DNA of 64,000 bases, taken from positions 235,848,001-235,912,000 of the forward strand of contig OZ024740.1 in NCBI GenBank assembly GCA_964016885.1, written 5' to 3'. Origin of the DNA: Eledone cirrhosa. Lineage: Eukaryota. Below the pieces are notes generated by a model. The model searched no databases, was not told where the DNA came from, and was given only the letters and a program-made list of their open reading frames with translations. Every line of letters begins with the position of its first letter. The first letter of the stretch is position 1. Below, piece by piece: positions 52,140 to 64,000 of the stretch. A program made the position numbers and the translations under genes.

Positions 52140-53605
52140 GTAATGCTGGTGGAATCAGATATGGCCAAAGAATGATGACTTTCGTACATCAGGCTGGTTA
52201 TTCAACCAACAGTGATCAAGGCTACAACTCTTATGTGAACAAGTGTTATTTGTGATTTACTGTTTACTGATGATGCTGCACTTGTTGCAACATCCCTTGA
52301 AGAGGCACATTAATTCATGAACTGCTTCTCACCTGACTGTAAGTCATTTGGCCTAACATGTGGAGGCACATGGCTTAGTGGTGAGAGCATTGGCCTTGCA
52401 ATCGAAAGGTTGTGAGTTCAATTCTCAGACCGGGTGATGTGTTGTTTCCTTGAGCAAGACACTTTATTTCATGTTGCTCCAGTTTACTCAGCTGTAGAAA
52501 TGAGATGATAGGGACTGGGGTCCATATCATTCCACTGTAAAGTGGTCGTGGAGGAGCCACGGAAAAAAAGCACCCAGCACTCACTGTAAATGAGGTTGGT
52601 GTTAGGAAGGGCATCCAGCTGTAGAAATCAAGCCAAAATCAGTTCCCGTCCCACCCTTGCAATCAGGGAAAAGTGGACGTAAAATGAAATGATGAATGAT
52701 GAATCAGCATTAAGAAGACTGAGTTAATACATCAACCACCCCCAAACAAGTAGATGTTGTTGGGCACAGATAACCAGGGCATGGTCATCCCCATCAGTGT
52801 TGATGGCAAGGATCTGAAATATATCAACTCCTTTACTCACCTTGGCAGCAAGGTGAACTGCTCTGCATCTCTAGATGATGAAATCATCAATCGTGTCTCT
52901 AAAGCAACTGCCTTTTGAAAACTACATCATAGTCTATGGGGTGTCATAGGTATATCCCTGAAAACAATAGTTGTAGTTTATCGTGCAGTGGTACTGACAA
53001 CACTTTTTTATGGCTTGAAGTCATGGACACTTTATCACACCCACATTTATAGGCTTACTGTCTTCGCTCTATCTGTGGTCATGTACTTTCTGACAGAATC
53101 TCCAATGCCAATTTTTTCACGAGGTGCAACATCAGTGAGATTGAGTCATTTCTGATGCAATCCCAACTCAGATGGGCTGGCCATGTGCTACAGATGACTG
53201 AGGAACGCACACCCAAGGTACTGTTATAGTCGACTTCATAATGGTGCACAAATGTAGGCAGATCATTACTCAGATATAAAGAGAAACTGAAGTACAAGCT
53301 TAAATCTTATGAACATACCTCTTACTTGTTTTGAACTCCTAGGTGCTGACCATGGAAAATGGAGAACTGTCTGCCATGAAAGTATAAAGAACTTCGTAAA
53401 ATCTCGTCTGGTCCATCTTTGTGATTGAAGATCTGATCAAACATTAAATCATGCTCTGCTCAAAATCCTGTCAGCTGCACTATATATGGCTTGATGTGTA
53501 AATCAGTAGCCGGACTAAAGTGCCATTTAAAGCACAACCATAAAAAAAAATGAACTCAGAAGACTGTTGAACCCTCATACATCGATATACGACAGACGAG
53601 TCCAT
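52140..53605 (+). mobile_element. BovB-like RTE fragment interrupted by a SINE
   Basis: DLLFTDDAALVA...FGLT | ISIKKTE, QLRWAGHV, C-terminal C2H2-like remnant. Confidence 0.8.
52363..52702 (+). mobile_element. tRNA-derived SINE, tail type I
   Basis: Matches 31755-32086; splits the RTE reading GLT|ISIKK. Confidence 0.9.
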
Positions 53606-54559
53606 TATATATATATATAATGAGAGAGAGAGAGAAAGTTCATAGCGATTTCATAGCTTTGTCTACTGAGGCTTTTGAAACTGTGCAAGTCAGTCAATTC
53701 AAATGATTCAATCAAATTATTTCACTCTACTTCAGACCTTTATTCAATTAATGTTTAATGGTTTTTAGATATAACTAAAAACACATATTCTCACTTTCTG
53801 ATTCTGATAACTAGTCATACTAATGTTACAATTTGATAGGAAGAGTCAGGAGCAACCCCTTTTTTTTTTATCAGGTTGGTACCCCCCCCCCCCCCCCCCC
53901 CTCCCACACACTAACCTCTGTTTCATAGGTCTATAACTATGGGTGACCAGTTTTCATATATGCTATGCACCAGCACTTGTCCATGAGAACCTTGCTGAAA
54001 GCAAAGTTACTGTCCTCCTTTCCTACCAACTATTTTTTTTTTCATTTGTCAGACTAATTTTATTTACAACTGGATGGTCTCAATCATACACTGAAGACTC
54101 AGTTCAGAAGGAATAGAACCAGTCAAATTAGAGCAGGCAGAGTTATGTACCTTGCTCTAAAGTACTGCACATAGGTTGCATTAAGCTCTAAAAATGTAAC
54201 ATTAAACAAATACGAATTTCATCACCACCACCACTTTACATACTTTTCCATGCTTACATGGGTTGGACGAATCTTTTCCAGCACGGCATCCCTACACTCA
54301 TTGCAGTCCTTCGTCATCTCTCACCACCTCTCTTCATCTACAGCAGATTATATGCTTATTTCCACATATTCATGGTGATATTTTATTTGTTATTAAAACA
54401 CCTTTTTACATCTGGATACCCTTCCTGTAGTTATGTGAAGTATGTAATGGGAACAATGTTTAATACTATTGTTCTCATCCATGCTGGTCTATACACGATA
54501 CTATACGTCTTTTTCTTGTCTTATTGTTTTTTTTTTTTTTTTTTTTTGCTTTATTCTAG

Positions 54560-54662
54560 AACATTGGGTTACAAAGAAAAATTGATTGAAATTCCCAAAG
54601 GTCATTGTTGGATGGAAGGAGACAACTATCGTAAGAGTATGGACAGTAATTTCTTTGGACCG
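54560..54662 (+). CDS. IMMP2L: Mitochondrial inner membrane peptidase subunit 2, penultimate exon
   Basis: polypyrimidine-TAG|...|GTAAGT; (R)TLGYKEKLIEIPKGHCWMEGDNYRKSMDSNFFGP, S26 peptidase EGDN/DS.FGP motifs. Confidence 0.92.
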
Positions 54663-55174
54663 GTAAGTGATATCTGACAATTTCACTTAACTGTAAAATA
54701 ATATAAAAATTCCCTAAATTATTTCCTGCATCGATAGGCACCAGACTTTGCAGTATTATCAAGACATTTACTTCACAATCTCATTTTACACAACTTGGGT
54801 AGACAGAAACTGCACAAAAATGTCAGATGGAATGTACCTGTTCTTGAGTAGTAGGCTTCATGTAACCAGGATTAATATTAACATCACCTGACCCTTGGAA
54901 TATCTCAGGAACATGATGCACTGCTTCCTACTAAAGTAACCTCCCTTATGACTAAATGCTAAAAATATTTATTAAAATGTATACCACACCACCCCCATCT
55001 TGCTATTGCATTGTATTATCCAAAGTTAGGTACTTCTTATCTGTTCGGGATTAAAGTACATAAGTAAAGCCATTATCTATAGGAGATAATAAGGAAGTAT
55101 CCAGCTTTCAATCCCAAGACTATATCATCACAATTTAAATATTTTCCAAAAATTCTTATGCATTATATTTTCAG

Positions 55175-55312
55175 GTTCCTCAAGGACTAATCACTGCCAA
55201 AGTTTCCCACATCATATGGCCACCCTATCGTTGGCAGACAATGGACGTCATACATACCAACCACAGAAGAGTCCGACCACGTAGAAAATCATTACAGCCA
55301 TCTTCATCATAG
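55175..55312 (+). CDS. IMMP2L: IMMP2L last coding exon
   Basis: TTTCAG|VPQGLITAKVSHIIWPPYRWQ...SSS*; in phase with the previous exon; HI.WPP.RWQ is typical of IMP2. Confidence 0.92.
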   Translation, partial: VPQGLITAKVSHIIWPPYRWQTMDVIHTNHRRVRPRRKSLQPSSS

Positions 55313-55519
55313 CAATTTTACCATGTTTGAGGATAAGTTAGTGGAAAACATGAAAACAATCCAAAGCAATATCATAGCAAACTGTTTATAATGGTATAAA
55401 CAGTTGTGAAGACTTTATTTATTTTTAGGGGGGTATTTACGTAATGTAATATCACCACTACCACCCAGGGTTCTATCATAACTATTTGACATTATACTTC
55501 AAAACATGAACTTATTGTT

Positions 55520-55525
55520 AATAAA
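55520..55525 (+). promoter_or_regulatory. Putative IMMP2L polyadenylation signal
   Basis: First AATAAA about 210 nt after the stop codon. Confidence 0.45.
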
Positions 55526-56076
55526 ACATTCTTCATAAGTGTGTTCAACAATTTTCCTCATATTAACTCTTTACCATTTACATTACTCTATATTTACTAT
55601 TATATTTTCACGGTTAAGGCATTACCTCACATAATATTGAATCTATGAAATTTTCATATTAGCTATTTTGAGAACAATACCTTATGAGTGGCTGGTTACA
55701 GCCGGTTTGAACAGAAAGAGGTGAGAGAATTCTGGCTGGGTATGGCTGGTTTAAATCTATAACAGATATTCTAATTTGGATATTGTCTGATTGTTTTGAG
55801 ATGTCATAACGTTGAAATTGCATTACATTGTCACAACACTTGAATTGATTTACTAGTATGCTACATATATTTCCTTATTTAGAATTCATATGTAGTAAGA
55901 TGAGATGTCATTTCCCTTGTACCAAATCTACACCACCAGATAAAACGCTAGTCATTTTAACTGTAGAGGCAAGGTTAAAGTCATTATCCATCAGTTGCTA
56001 GAGTTAACAAATCATTTTCAAATGGAGGTTTAGTTATGTAGATATAATTTATGAATATCGTACATTATTACACTAT

Positions 56077-56875
56077 CCCGCCGAGGTTAACTTTGCGTTT
56101 CATCCTTACGAGGTCGATAAAATAAAGTACCAGTAATGTACTGAGTAATTGCTGGCCTTGTGCCAAAAGTAGAAACAATTATTACACTATTATAATAATT
56201 CTAGTAAATTTGGCAGAGGAGTCAACAGATATTTAGTGAGGAATGAGTATGATATACAAACAATTCAGTCTCTAGTATACAATGTAATTTTTCTGGAAAA
56301 GTTATTTCCCTTTATACAAAATAATTATTTCTACTTTTGGCACAGCAATTTCCAGTGCATTACTGGTGCTTTATTTTATCGACCCAGCAAGGATGAGAGG
56401 CAAAGTTAACTTTGGCGGGGTTTGAAATCTGACCATAAAGGGACGTAACTCTATGCTGGAAAGCATGCGTCTTTACTGATACTGCCAAACACCTGCCCTT
56501 TTATACAATAATTGTTTCTACTTTTGGTACAAGGCCAGCAATTATCCCAGTGCATTACTGGTACTTTATTTTATCGACTCTGTAAGAATGAAAGGCAAAG
56601 TTAACCTCGGCGAGATTTGAACTCAGAATGGCAAGGGCCGTAACTATGCGTCCGACCCTCTACCGATACTGCCAATCCACCGCCCCTTTATGTAATAAAT
56701 GTTTCTACTTTAGGCACAAGGCCAGCAAATACCCAGTGCATTACTGGTACTTTATTTTATCGACCCCGTAAGGATGAAAGGCAAAGTCAACCTCGGCGGG
56801 ATTTGAACTCAGATCGTAAAGGGACGTAACTATGCTGGAAAGCATGGCGTCCAACACTCTACCGATACTGCCAAT
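56077..56875. mobile_element. SINE cluster: one partial + copy and three tandem - copies (Nin/Deu-like core)
   Basis: Core TTTTATCGACCCCGTAAGGATGAAAGGCAAAG repeated near 56375, 56570 and 56755; opposite copy at 56077-56180. Confidence 0.85.
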
Positions 56876-57224
56876 TATACAATAATGTTTGTCAACTGTA
56901 TGAGACTGACTTAACAAAGAGCTGTGAGACTACACATATCAATATTGTAGCAGTTATATTACACTGCCTGATTGATTATATAAACCACTTCACCAGATAT
57001 TTTCAGCATCTCAGCAGCTATACCCGACAATCTAGTTACCTCTCTTGCTTTCATATCCTCAGCGTACTATCAAAGTGAACAGCTTCTCTCCCAAGCATTT
57101 TCTCCAGTCAACAATCTTTCATAATAGCATTTCCATGGCTCTCTTCTTGTTGGTCTCCATCTCAAATTCGCACAAACCAATCTCAACACAGGAAGTGAAA
57201 TTAAGAAGGCTAACAATTTTAAGC

Positions 57225-57612
57225 ACCTTAGTTTTTGTATCACAGACTTTGGAAAACCCCAGACTTTGTCAATTTGACAGAATGTAGCATTTCAACTTAC
57301 AATACAACTAATCCTACTTTATGGTAGTGAAACTTGGACACTATCATACAACAAAAGCAATTCAATGGAAGATATACATCCTTGCTATATTAAGCTCAAA
57401 ACATAAACTTAAGAGTCTTTGAGAAATATATGATAGTCTCCCATGTATTTCTGATATTGTGAAGGTGAGATTTGCTGGCCATTGCCATCATGCCTCAAAT
57501 GAAGCTGTCTCTCCTTTAGTGCTTTAAAAACCAGCATCCATCAGAAGCCAAAGAGGTCACAAGCTCTCCTATCCATATTATCATAGCCAAAGACTCTGGT
57601 ATTGATGTTCAT
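57225..57612 (+). mobile_element. Degenerate LINE 3' fragment related to 45677-45855
   Basis: LLYGSETWTL, VRFAGHC, GHKLSYP remnants. Confidence 0.6.
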
Positions 57613-60546
57613 CTTGACCAGTGGTTCCAACCTTTTGTGCCCCATGCCTCACCTCAACATCTCAAACATTTTTATTCCCCACTTTGATAGACTACAAAGT
57701 GTAAACAAATTGGCGTATGGGTGATGCCAGATGTACATTAACATGTGTGGAGGAGGTGAGCCAGGAGTTTCGGACAGTAATTTGTTCCAAAGTTACCTTG
57801 GTGTAAAAGATATAAGATAAAACCTGAGGTTTGCTCTCGTTAACATCATTTTCAACTTGCTCTCTTGAATATTCAATTGCTTCCCTGTGGGGCATGCGCC
57901 CCACATTGAGAATCCTTGATCTAGACAATGCAATGAGTAGCAGACCTATCACTGAGCCTATTTTGGCTGAGGCTGCCAGATGGTATTCCCCCCTTCTTCA
58001 TGTAATAAGTAAACTAACATTTCTATGAATCTGTCTGAAGACACTTTCTTCCACCATGTCTTTTGTCTGAGTACATCTAGTATCTATGTTGAGAGGAATG
58101 TTCTTCATCAGGATAAACAATGTTTACAAGGTTTTTTGAGGCAATGTTTTACAGCTTGATGCCCTTTGTGACACCAAACCTTTGCTTCTTATGACATACA
58201 GGGATATGGTGTACTTATTCTAAACCAGTCATAGAGACTCTGAAAAAGAGCCACAGACACTACCTTTCTCTCTCAGACTAAACAGTAAAATATACATGTG
58301 TGTACGTGTAATACAGAGTGAAAAAAAAACAAGGAAATGTTCCTTACTGAATAATTTAATACAACTTTGATCTTATCAGTGAGGAATGGTAGCTTCAGTA
58401 CAAGGGTAGCTGTAATGAAGCCAGCACTAAAAGGAAGCACAGCCAGCATATAACAGCTTACCCCTTCTCTGTTTCATAGCTGACCTACATACATTGAGTT
58501 CTTCTTGGTAGTGCTGAGGCTGCCTAGAAATAGTAGCAGTTCATGACACTCATACAGCACACTGCTTGTACTCTTTCTCTCTCTTTTATATATATATTAT
58601 ATATATATATATATGTATATATATATTGGACACATACACATGCATACACAGACAAACACAATGCATTTAGAGAGGTTGTGGAGAGTGGGTGGGTATAGTT
58701 TTGGCGAAGTCCTTATCAGTCTTGACCATTCGATCAAGACCAACATTGTTAGCAGTGAGATACATTAGACATTGTTGGAACTCAACTGAAACAAAAGTAA
58801 TGGGAGGGGGGTGGGGGTTGTTAGTTGGGTTTTCTAAGAGGGTGACAATTATTGATAGTATTAGTAGTAGCATAGCATGGGGTGATTTAAAAAATGTAAT
58901 AATCAGCAGTGATCATGAGGTTAGGGCTTCCCTCCTCTGCTGGTTACTAGAACTAAAACAGTCACAAGTAACTTTCAATAGTAAAGTCTGTGTTAAAGTG
59001 ACATGCTACAGAAATAGACCACAAAATAAATGTATACTGACGAAATATTGACTATAAAGCTTCATCGGCAGCACTAAAGAGGGTAGAGCAGAGCCAGTCA
59101 AGTCAATACTGACACTCAATTAGCAACACACTGGACATATATTGTACAACTATACAAGCTGGCCAGGACCAGTAAACCTTCCATATTGCTTTTTACAACA
59201 ATGTGGCCAACACCACACACACATATGTATATATATATACACATACATATACACAGATATATATATATATATATATATATATTTAAAATGTATATATAAT
59301 TAAATATATATATAATCAACAAAATAAGTGTAACATAAGTAAAAGCAACAACAAAAGAAAGAACCTGAGTAAAATGTGTGAGAAATATTTGATCAGAGTG
59401 ACTGAGGTATTCTAGATCACTGAACATACATACATACATCACACTAATGTCAACCAGATAACCTATACTGGCCCCAACACATTACATACTTGCAATGGAA
59501 GTACTGCCATGTTTGTCGCTAGGGAGACTTTACTCTAACAATGGACATAACCCAGAGTGTATGTCTATGTTAGAAAATACAAATTAACCACCACAGGTCA
59601 AAGTCAGAAAGCTGGGATATACTAGGACCATGAAAACAGTTGTGTGAATAGAAATTATTGAGATAAAAATAGGTATGGTTGCTGCTGGATAGTAAAGAGA
59701 GACAGAAAAGTGAAGATTTACTCTTTAAAAAAATTATCTAAGAAAAATGAATGATTAATGTTCAGATTGAACCAGAGATCTTCATACATACAGGCACACC
59801 ACACATACAATAAACTGTAAAGCCAACCTAGACAATAGCATGCTGTGGCATTAATACATATATAATATGCACTGCTTACACAACATAATGGCCTCAACTG
59901 CAGCACTTGTTATAGAATTACAAAATGGTTTAGAGCTAAGGGTATGTCTAGGTGTGAAGAGACCAATAAGTAGGAGGTAATCAATGAAGCTGAGCCCTGA
60001 GAATAAGAGCCAAAAATTCACTATACATTCCTGAACCGTATGCAAGCAGCATGGGAAGTCTCTTGTGTAACCCTAGTGGACGGTTAGCAAAAAAGATAGG
60101 GCTGTCTCGGACAGAGCAGTGTTCGCGAGGTACAAGCCTTATTGCAGGGGTTGCAAGAGACGAAAAGGGTTACTTCTGAAGATTCCAACCACACTAGAGT
60201 AACAAAAGACCTGTCACAGACTAGGACAGCTCTTTAAAAAGAGAGTGAGAAAAAAAATAAAAAGAGAGCAGTAGGTGAGAAAAAGTCAGACAGTTAGAGG
60301 CTGGTAGGTAGAAGTTAAAAAAAAACAAAAACAAAAAACATCGTTGTATGCACCCTGTGCTCTGTTCACAGTCTGGGTCAGTCTCACTTCTTTGCTTCAG
60401 TTTTCACGATAACTTCCCATGCTGCACTCTGGCTGGCTGTCTCCTGCAGTTCTTTGGCTTTCTTCACCTCGTTGCTCTTTGTAGACCAACAAAGTAGAAT
60501 CGAGGAGTTGAGAAGCGGACATGTAGTTACACTGCAAGTATTCCAG

Positions 60547-60657
60547 TCACCTCCTGCCTCTGCGTTTCATTGCCAGTGTACATTGTTGACAGAACCATTT
60601 ACCTTTCGGAGCTTGAGTAAGTCCTACACAACCATAATGAAACCACTCCATTGGACA
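60547..60657 (-). CDS. ING3: Inhibitor of growth 3, last coding exon (second half of PHD finger)
   Basis: TTTCAG|CPMEWFHYGCVGLTQAPKGKWFCQQCTLAMKRRGRR*; WFHYGCVGLT and AMKRRG are ING3-type. Confidence 0.95.
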   Translation of the reverse strand, partial: CPMEWFHYGCVGLTQAPKGKWFCQQCTLAMKRRGRR

Positions 60658-62156
60658 CTGAAAGAGAGACAAGTATCATGGTCAGTTGTAGTGGTATGAG
60701 GATATATATGAGAGAGGAATAGTTATGTAACTACATGTAAAGATATGGATGATGATAGTTAGCTTTTGTTGTTTTGTAATGTCAGATTAGTGTTGATCAA
60801 ATAATCCTATTGCATGCAATTTGCCAGTTAAATGAGGCATGTCCATCAGAGCTATCTTCTAAGTTGTACCATGTCTCCATCTTTGAGTACAGGCTTAAGA
60901 GGATCACTTCCTGGGTCCAATTGTACTGCGTAGCATCTTGGGCAAGTGTCTTTTCCCAAAGCCTTGGGTTGACCCAAGCCTTGTCACATTAGTGTCATAC
61001 TGATTCAGCCTGAGAATTATGTTAAAAAATCTCATATTTGTGATATACTCAGCCACTTATATGTTAATAAGAGAAATAGCTCAGTTTATCAAACAACTGA
61101 AAGTTCATCGTCAGAAACAACAGAGTATCAGCATCCAATGCTTTTGTCTAGCTAAGGATCATACTGAAGGTGTTGCACTCTCTCTCCATTATCCAATAAA
61201 ATGCCCATAAATTATGGTAGTTGTCATAGTAGAGGTAAGCAAAGTGGACTCAGAGAGCAACAATTGTTGTTCCTCTACACTTATTGGTGGTGGTGTACAT
61301 TCTTGAAGTGTTTGGGTCCAGTGAGGTTATTGATGTAGCTATTTCTCCATGTAAGTGTTCCTTATGCTTGTCCAGGTTGAGTGAGAGAGCTGGTGTTTTT
61401 TTTAGGGTGTTGTAGTAATTTTCTGGGTGTTTGGAGGTGGTGCTATGGTAGGTGATAATGTGTTGGTGGTAGTAGAACAAGGATATAGATGAGAGATATG
61501 GTTATTTGTTGTTATTGTTGGAGAGATGCTGTGCTGAAAAAGACCTGTCCAGCCCATGCAAGCATGGAAAAACAAATGAAAAAACGAGGATGATGACGAT
61601 GATGATGATTGTCTAGTCCTAAGTCAGCTTTGAGCAGATCTATGATCAAAAGTATTCCATCAATGGTCATTGTGTTCTTATCTCGGGTGTTGTATATCTA
61701 GGCCACATTATCTGTGTTCCTCCATTTCCAATATGAAGTAGATTTAGTTGTTATTTTTAACAGGATGGTTGTGGCTCTAACACCTTTGCTCAATCAGAGT
61801 TGACTTGAGGTTAAACAACAAAGCCTCTTTCTAGATCAGCGTTTAATTTTATATTCATACTTTTACTATACATATACGGCATATTGTTGGAAAACCTTGG
61901 TTATTGTAATAAAGTCTTCAACATCTTATATTACTTAAAACTATGTCAATATTAATAATGGTATATTATAATTTGTATGCAGGGGTTCCCTGAGACATGA
62001 AAATTATTTAAAAGGGTTCCACAAGAGTAAAAAGGTTGAGAAATGTTGCTCGAGATTAATCCTTTTGATACCAAACCACTTCTGGTTCTATGATATGAAA
62101 CTTTTTAAAGAGTTCATATATAAATTTAAACCTTCCATCAACATTTTATGTAAGAC

Positions 62157-62670
62157 ATCATCATCATCATCATCAACGTTTAACGTCCGTGTTCCATGCT
62201 TGCATGGGTTTGGACGGAGGGTTTTCCCACTTGAGGCAAGAGTGGTTATCTTGCTTGCATAGGACTATCTGGCGGGTTTTCTACAGATGGATGCCCTTCC
62301 TAACACCAACCACATTTACAGTGTGGGGCTGGGAGGTTTTTACTGTGTTGCCTACACGGCCACATTACAGCGTGAACTGTGTGTTTTTTTGACGTGACAC
62401 CTACACAATCTCATTTGTTTCGGCCTGGATGTTGTGGCACCAACATAACTTTACATTGAAAGGAGCGGTGTGGATGGGGTGGGGGTGGTGGGACGGGGTG
62501 TATTTTGTTAGAGATGCCTACTGACTGTAGTAGGTTTTACTTTGTATTTAGGTAAGGCGGGTCTTCTCTATTACTGAGTACCGCCAAAGGTCTCGGTCCA
62601 GTGACATTGTCTTGGTGAGGTGTAAGTGTGTGAGGTCGGAATTTATCAGCTCGTCCCAGGTTTTTCTGGG
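62157..62670 (-). mobile_element. Composite RTE 3' end + SINE-like module in the ING3 intron
   Basis: Near-identical to 23195-23710. Confidence 0.85.
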
Positions 62671-62958
62671 TTATTTTATGTAAGACAATTTTATTAAATT
62701 ATGTTCCATACACCAACAATGAGATAATTATTTTACTGAAGACCTCCAAATATTTAGTTCTTTTCAGAACATCAACAAAAATATATGTGTAGGAAGGAAA
62801 AAAAAAAAGGGGGGGGGGGACACTAGACATGTAACTGGAGCTAGTATCAAGTAATTTTAGACAAAGAGCCATATATTACTGTGTGATAGAGGTAAAGGGG
62901 AAAGAAAAGAAAGAGTGAGAAGTAATGAAAAGAACATTAAAAAAAATATAGAACTCAC

Positions 62959-63221
62959 ATCATCATTATCACAGCCAACCATATCTCCATAGGAAACATT
63001 ATTACATATACAGTAACGAGGTTCGTTAGGGTCCTGCCAATCAACAGGCTGACCATTCTCATCAACTATCTGAAGTTCATTAGAATATTCCTCAGTCCCT
63101 ATCTGTGTTGAGGGGATAGCTGTAGTTGAACCAGTGCCCACCACTACATGGGCAGGTTGAATCTGTGCTGGTTGTGACTGCTGCTGCTGCTGCTGCTGCT
63201 GTTGCTGCTGCGGCAATGTTG

Positions 63222-63252
<31 letters not shown>

Positions 63253-63281
63253 CTGCGGCTGCTGTTGAGATGGCGGTGGTA

Positions 63282-63315
<34 letters not shown>

Positions 63316-63317
63316 TT

Positions 63318-63357
<40 letters not shown>

Positions 63358-63526
63358 TTGTTGTTGTTGTTGCTGCTGCTGCTGCTGCTGCTGTTGCTGC
63401 TGTTGTTGTTGTTGTTGTTGTTGTTGTTGCTGTTGAGCAGCCTGTTGGGCCACCACTGCTGCTTGTTGGCTCTGGTTGATAGCAGCAACAGCAGCTGCCG
63501 CCGCCGCCGCTGCTGCTTTCGACTGT
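62959..63526 (-). CDS. ING3: ING3 penultimate exon (polyA/polyQ tract + first half of PHD finger)
   Basis: TTTTCAG|...DWQDPNEPRYCICNNVSYGDMVGCDNDD|GTGAG; joins 60657 in phase 0. Confidence 0.93.
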
Positions 63527-64000
63527 CTGAAAAGGAACAAGAAAACAGGATACTCAGCTACAGTTTAGTACAGCATCTTTGTGTTGGAGAAAATGTCATC
63601 TTTAAAACAGCCAGTCTCGCTACAATCACTACAAAACAGTCAGAAAGCCATGATGTTTTCTTAAAGCTGGTCACCTCTACTAAATATTACTTATAGATCC
63701 CAGATGATATTTTAAAATAGTAGACTTTTCTATACTTAAGTTCCATGAAACTAGTTACTGGGATGGATATATATATATATATATATATATAAAGTAGATG
63801 ACAGCAAGACCTGAGTCTGCTCTATGTTCATTGGGAATCCTTAGATTTTAAAAGACATAAGCTACCACTTTTCCCACCTAACAACAAGCTCCAGATATTG
63901 GTAGTTCTAGATATATTATTTTATTTATTGATAAGATCATATGCTATGGGAAGAACACAACTAACTGTTGTTGCTGTTTAGCTCCAAGTCAGTCCAAGTT

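Noticed and set aside
57692-58120. Host gene exon
   Set aside because: No splice context or clear homology; at most a very decayed RT remnant
63126-63696. Plus-strand poly-Leu/poly-Ala-Val ORFs
   Set aside because: Antisense shadows of the ING3 CAG/CAA tract

Overview
Eukaryotic, AT-rich, repeat-dense DNA; the SINE/RTE/microsatellite complement looks like an octopus (coleoid cephalopod), which is inference. Host genes: the last two coding exons of IMMP2L (+, 54560-54662 and 55175-55312) face the last two coding exons of ING3 (-, 62959-63526 and 60547-60657, with a 50-Gln tract). I found no upstream IMMP2L exon, so the first ~54.5 kb is probably one large intron. It holds a 5'-truncated Penelope-like element (RT + GIY-YIG, Naiad-like) with a type I hammerhead ribozyme, several more hammerhead-bearing fragments sitting in (TA)n tracts (two folded back as inverted duplications), three stacked R4/Dong-type retrotransposons at (TAA)n tracts, many RTE LINE fragments, modular SINEs sharing RTE tails, three maT (DD37D)-type transposons, two non-autonomous Helitrons, and minisatellites, one with a 26/134/108-bp hierarchy. 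Most six-frame ORFs are microsatellite artefacts. Coordinates were read by eye; repeat boundaries are approximate.
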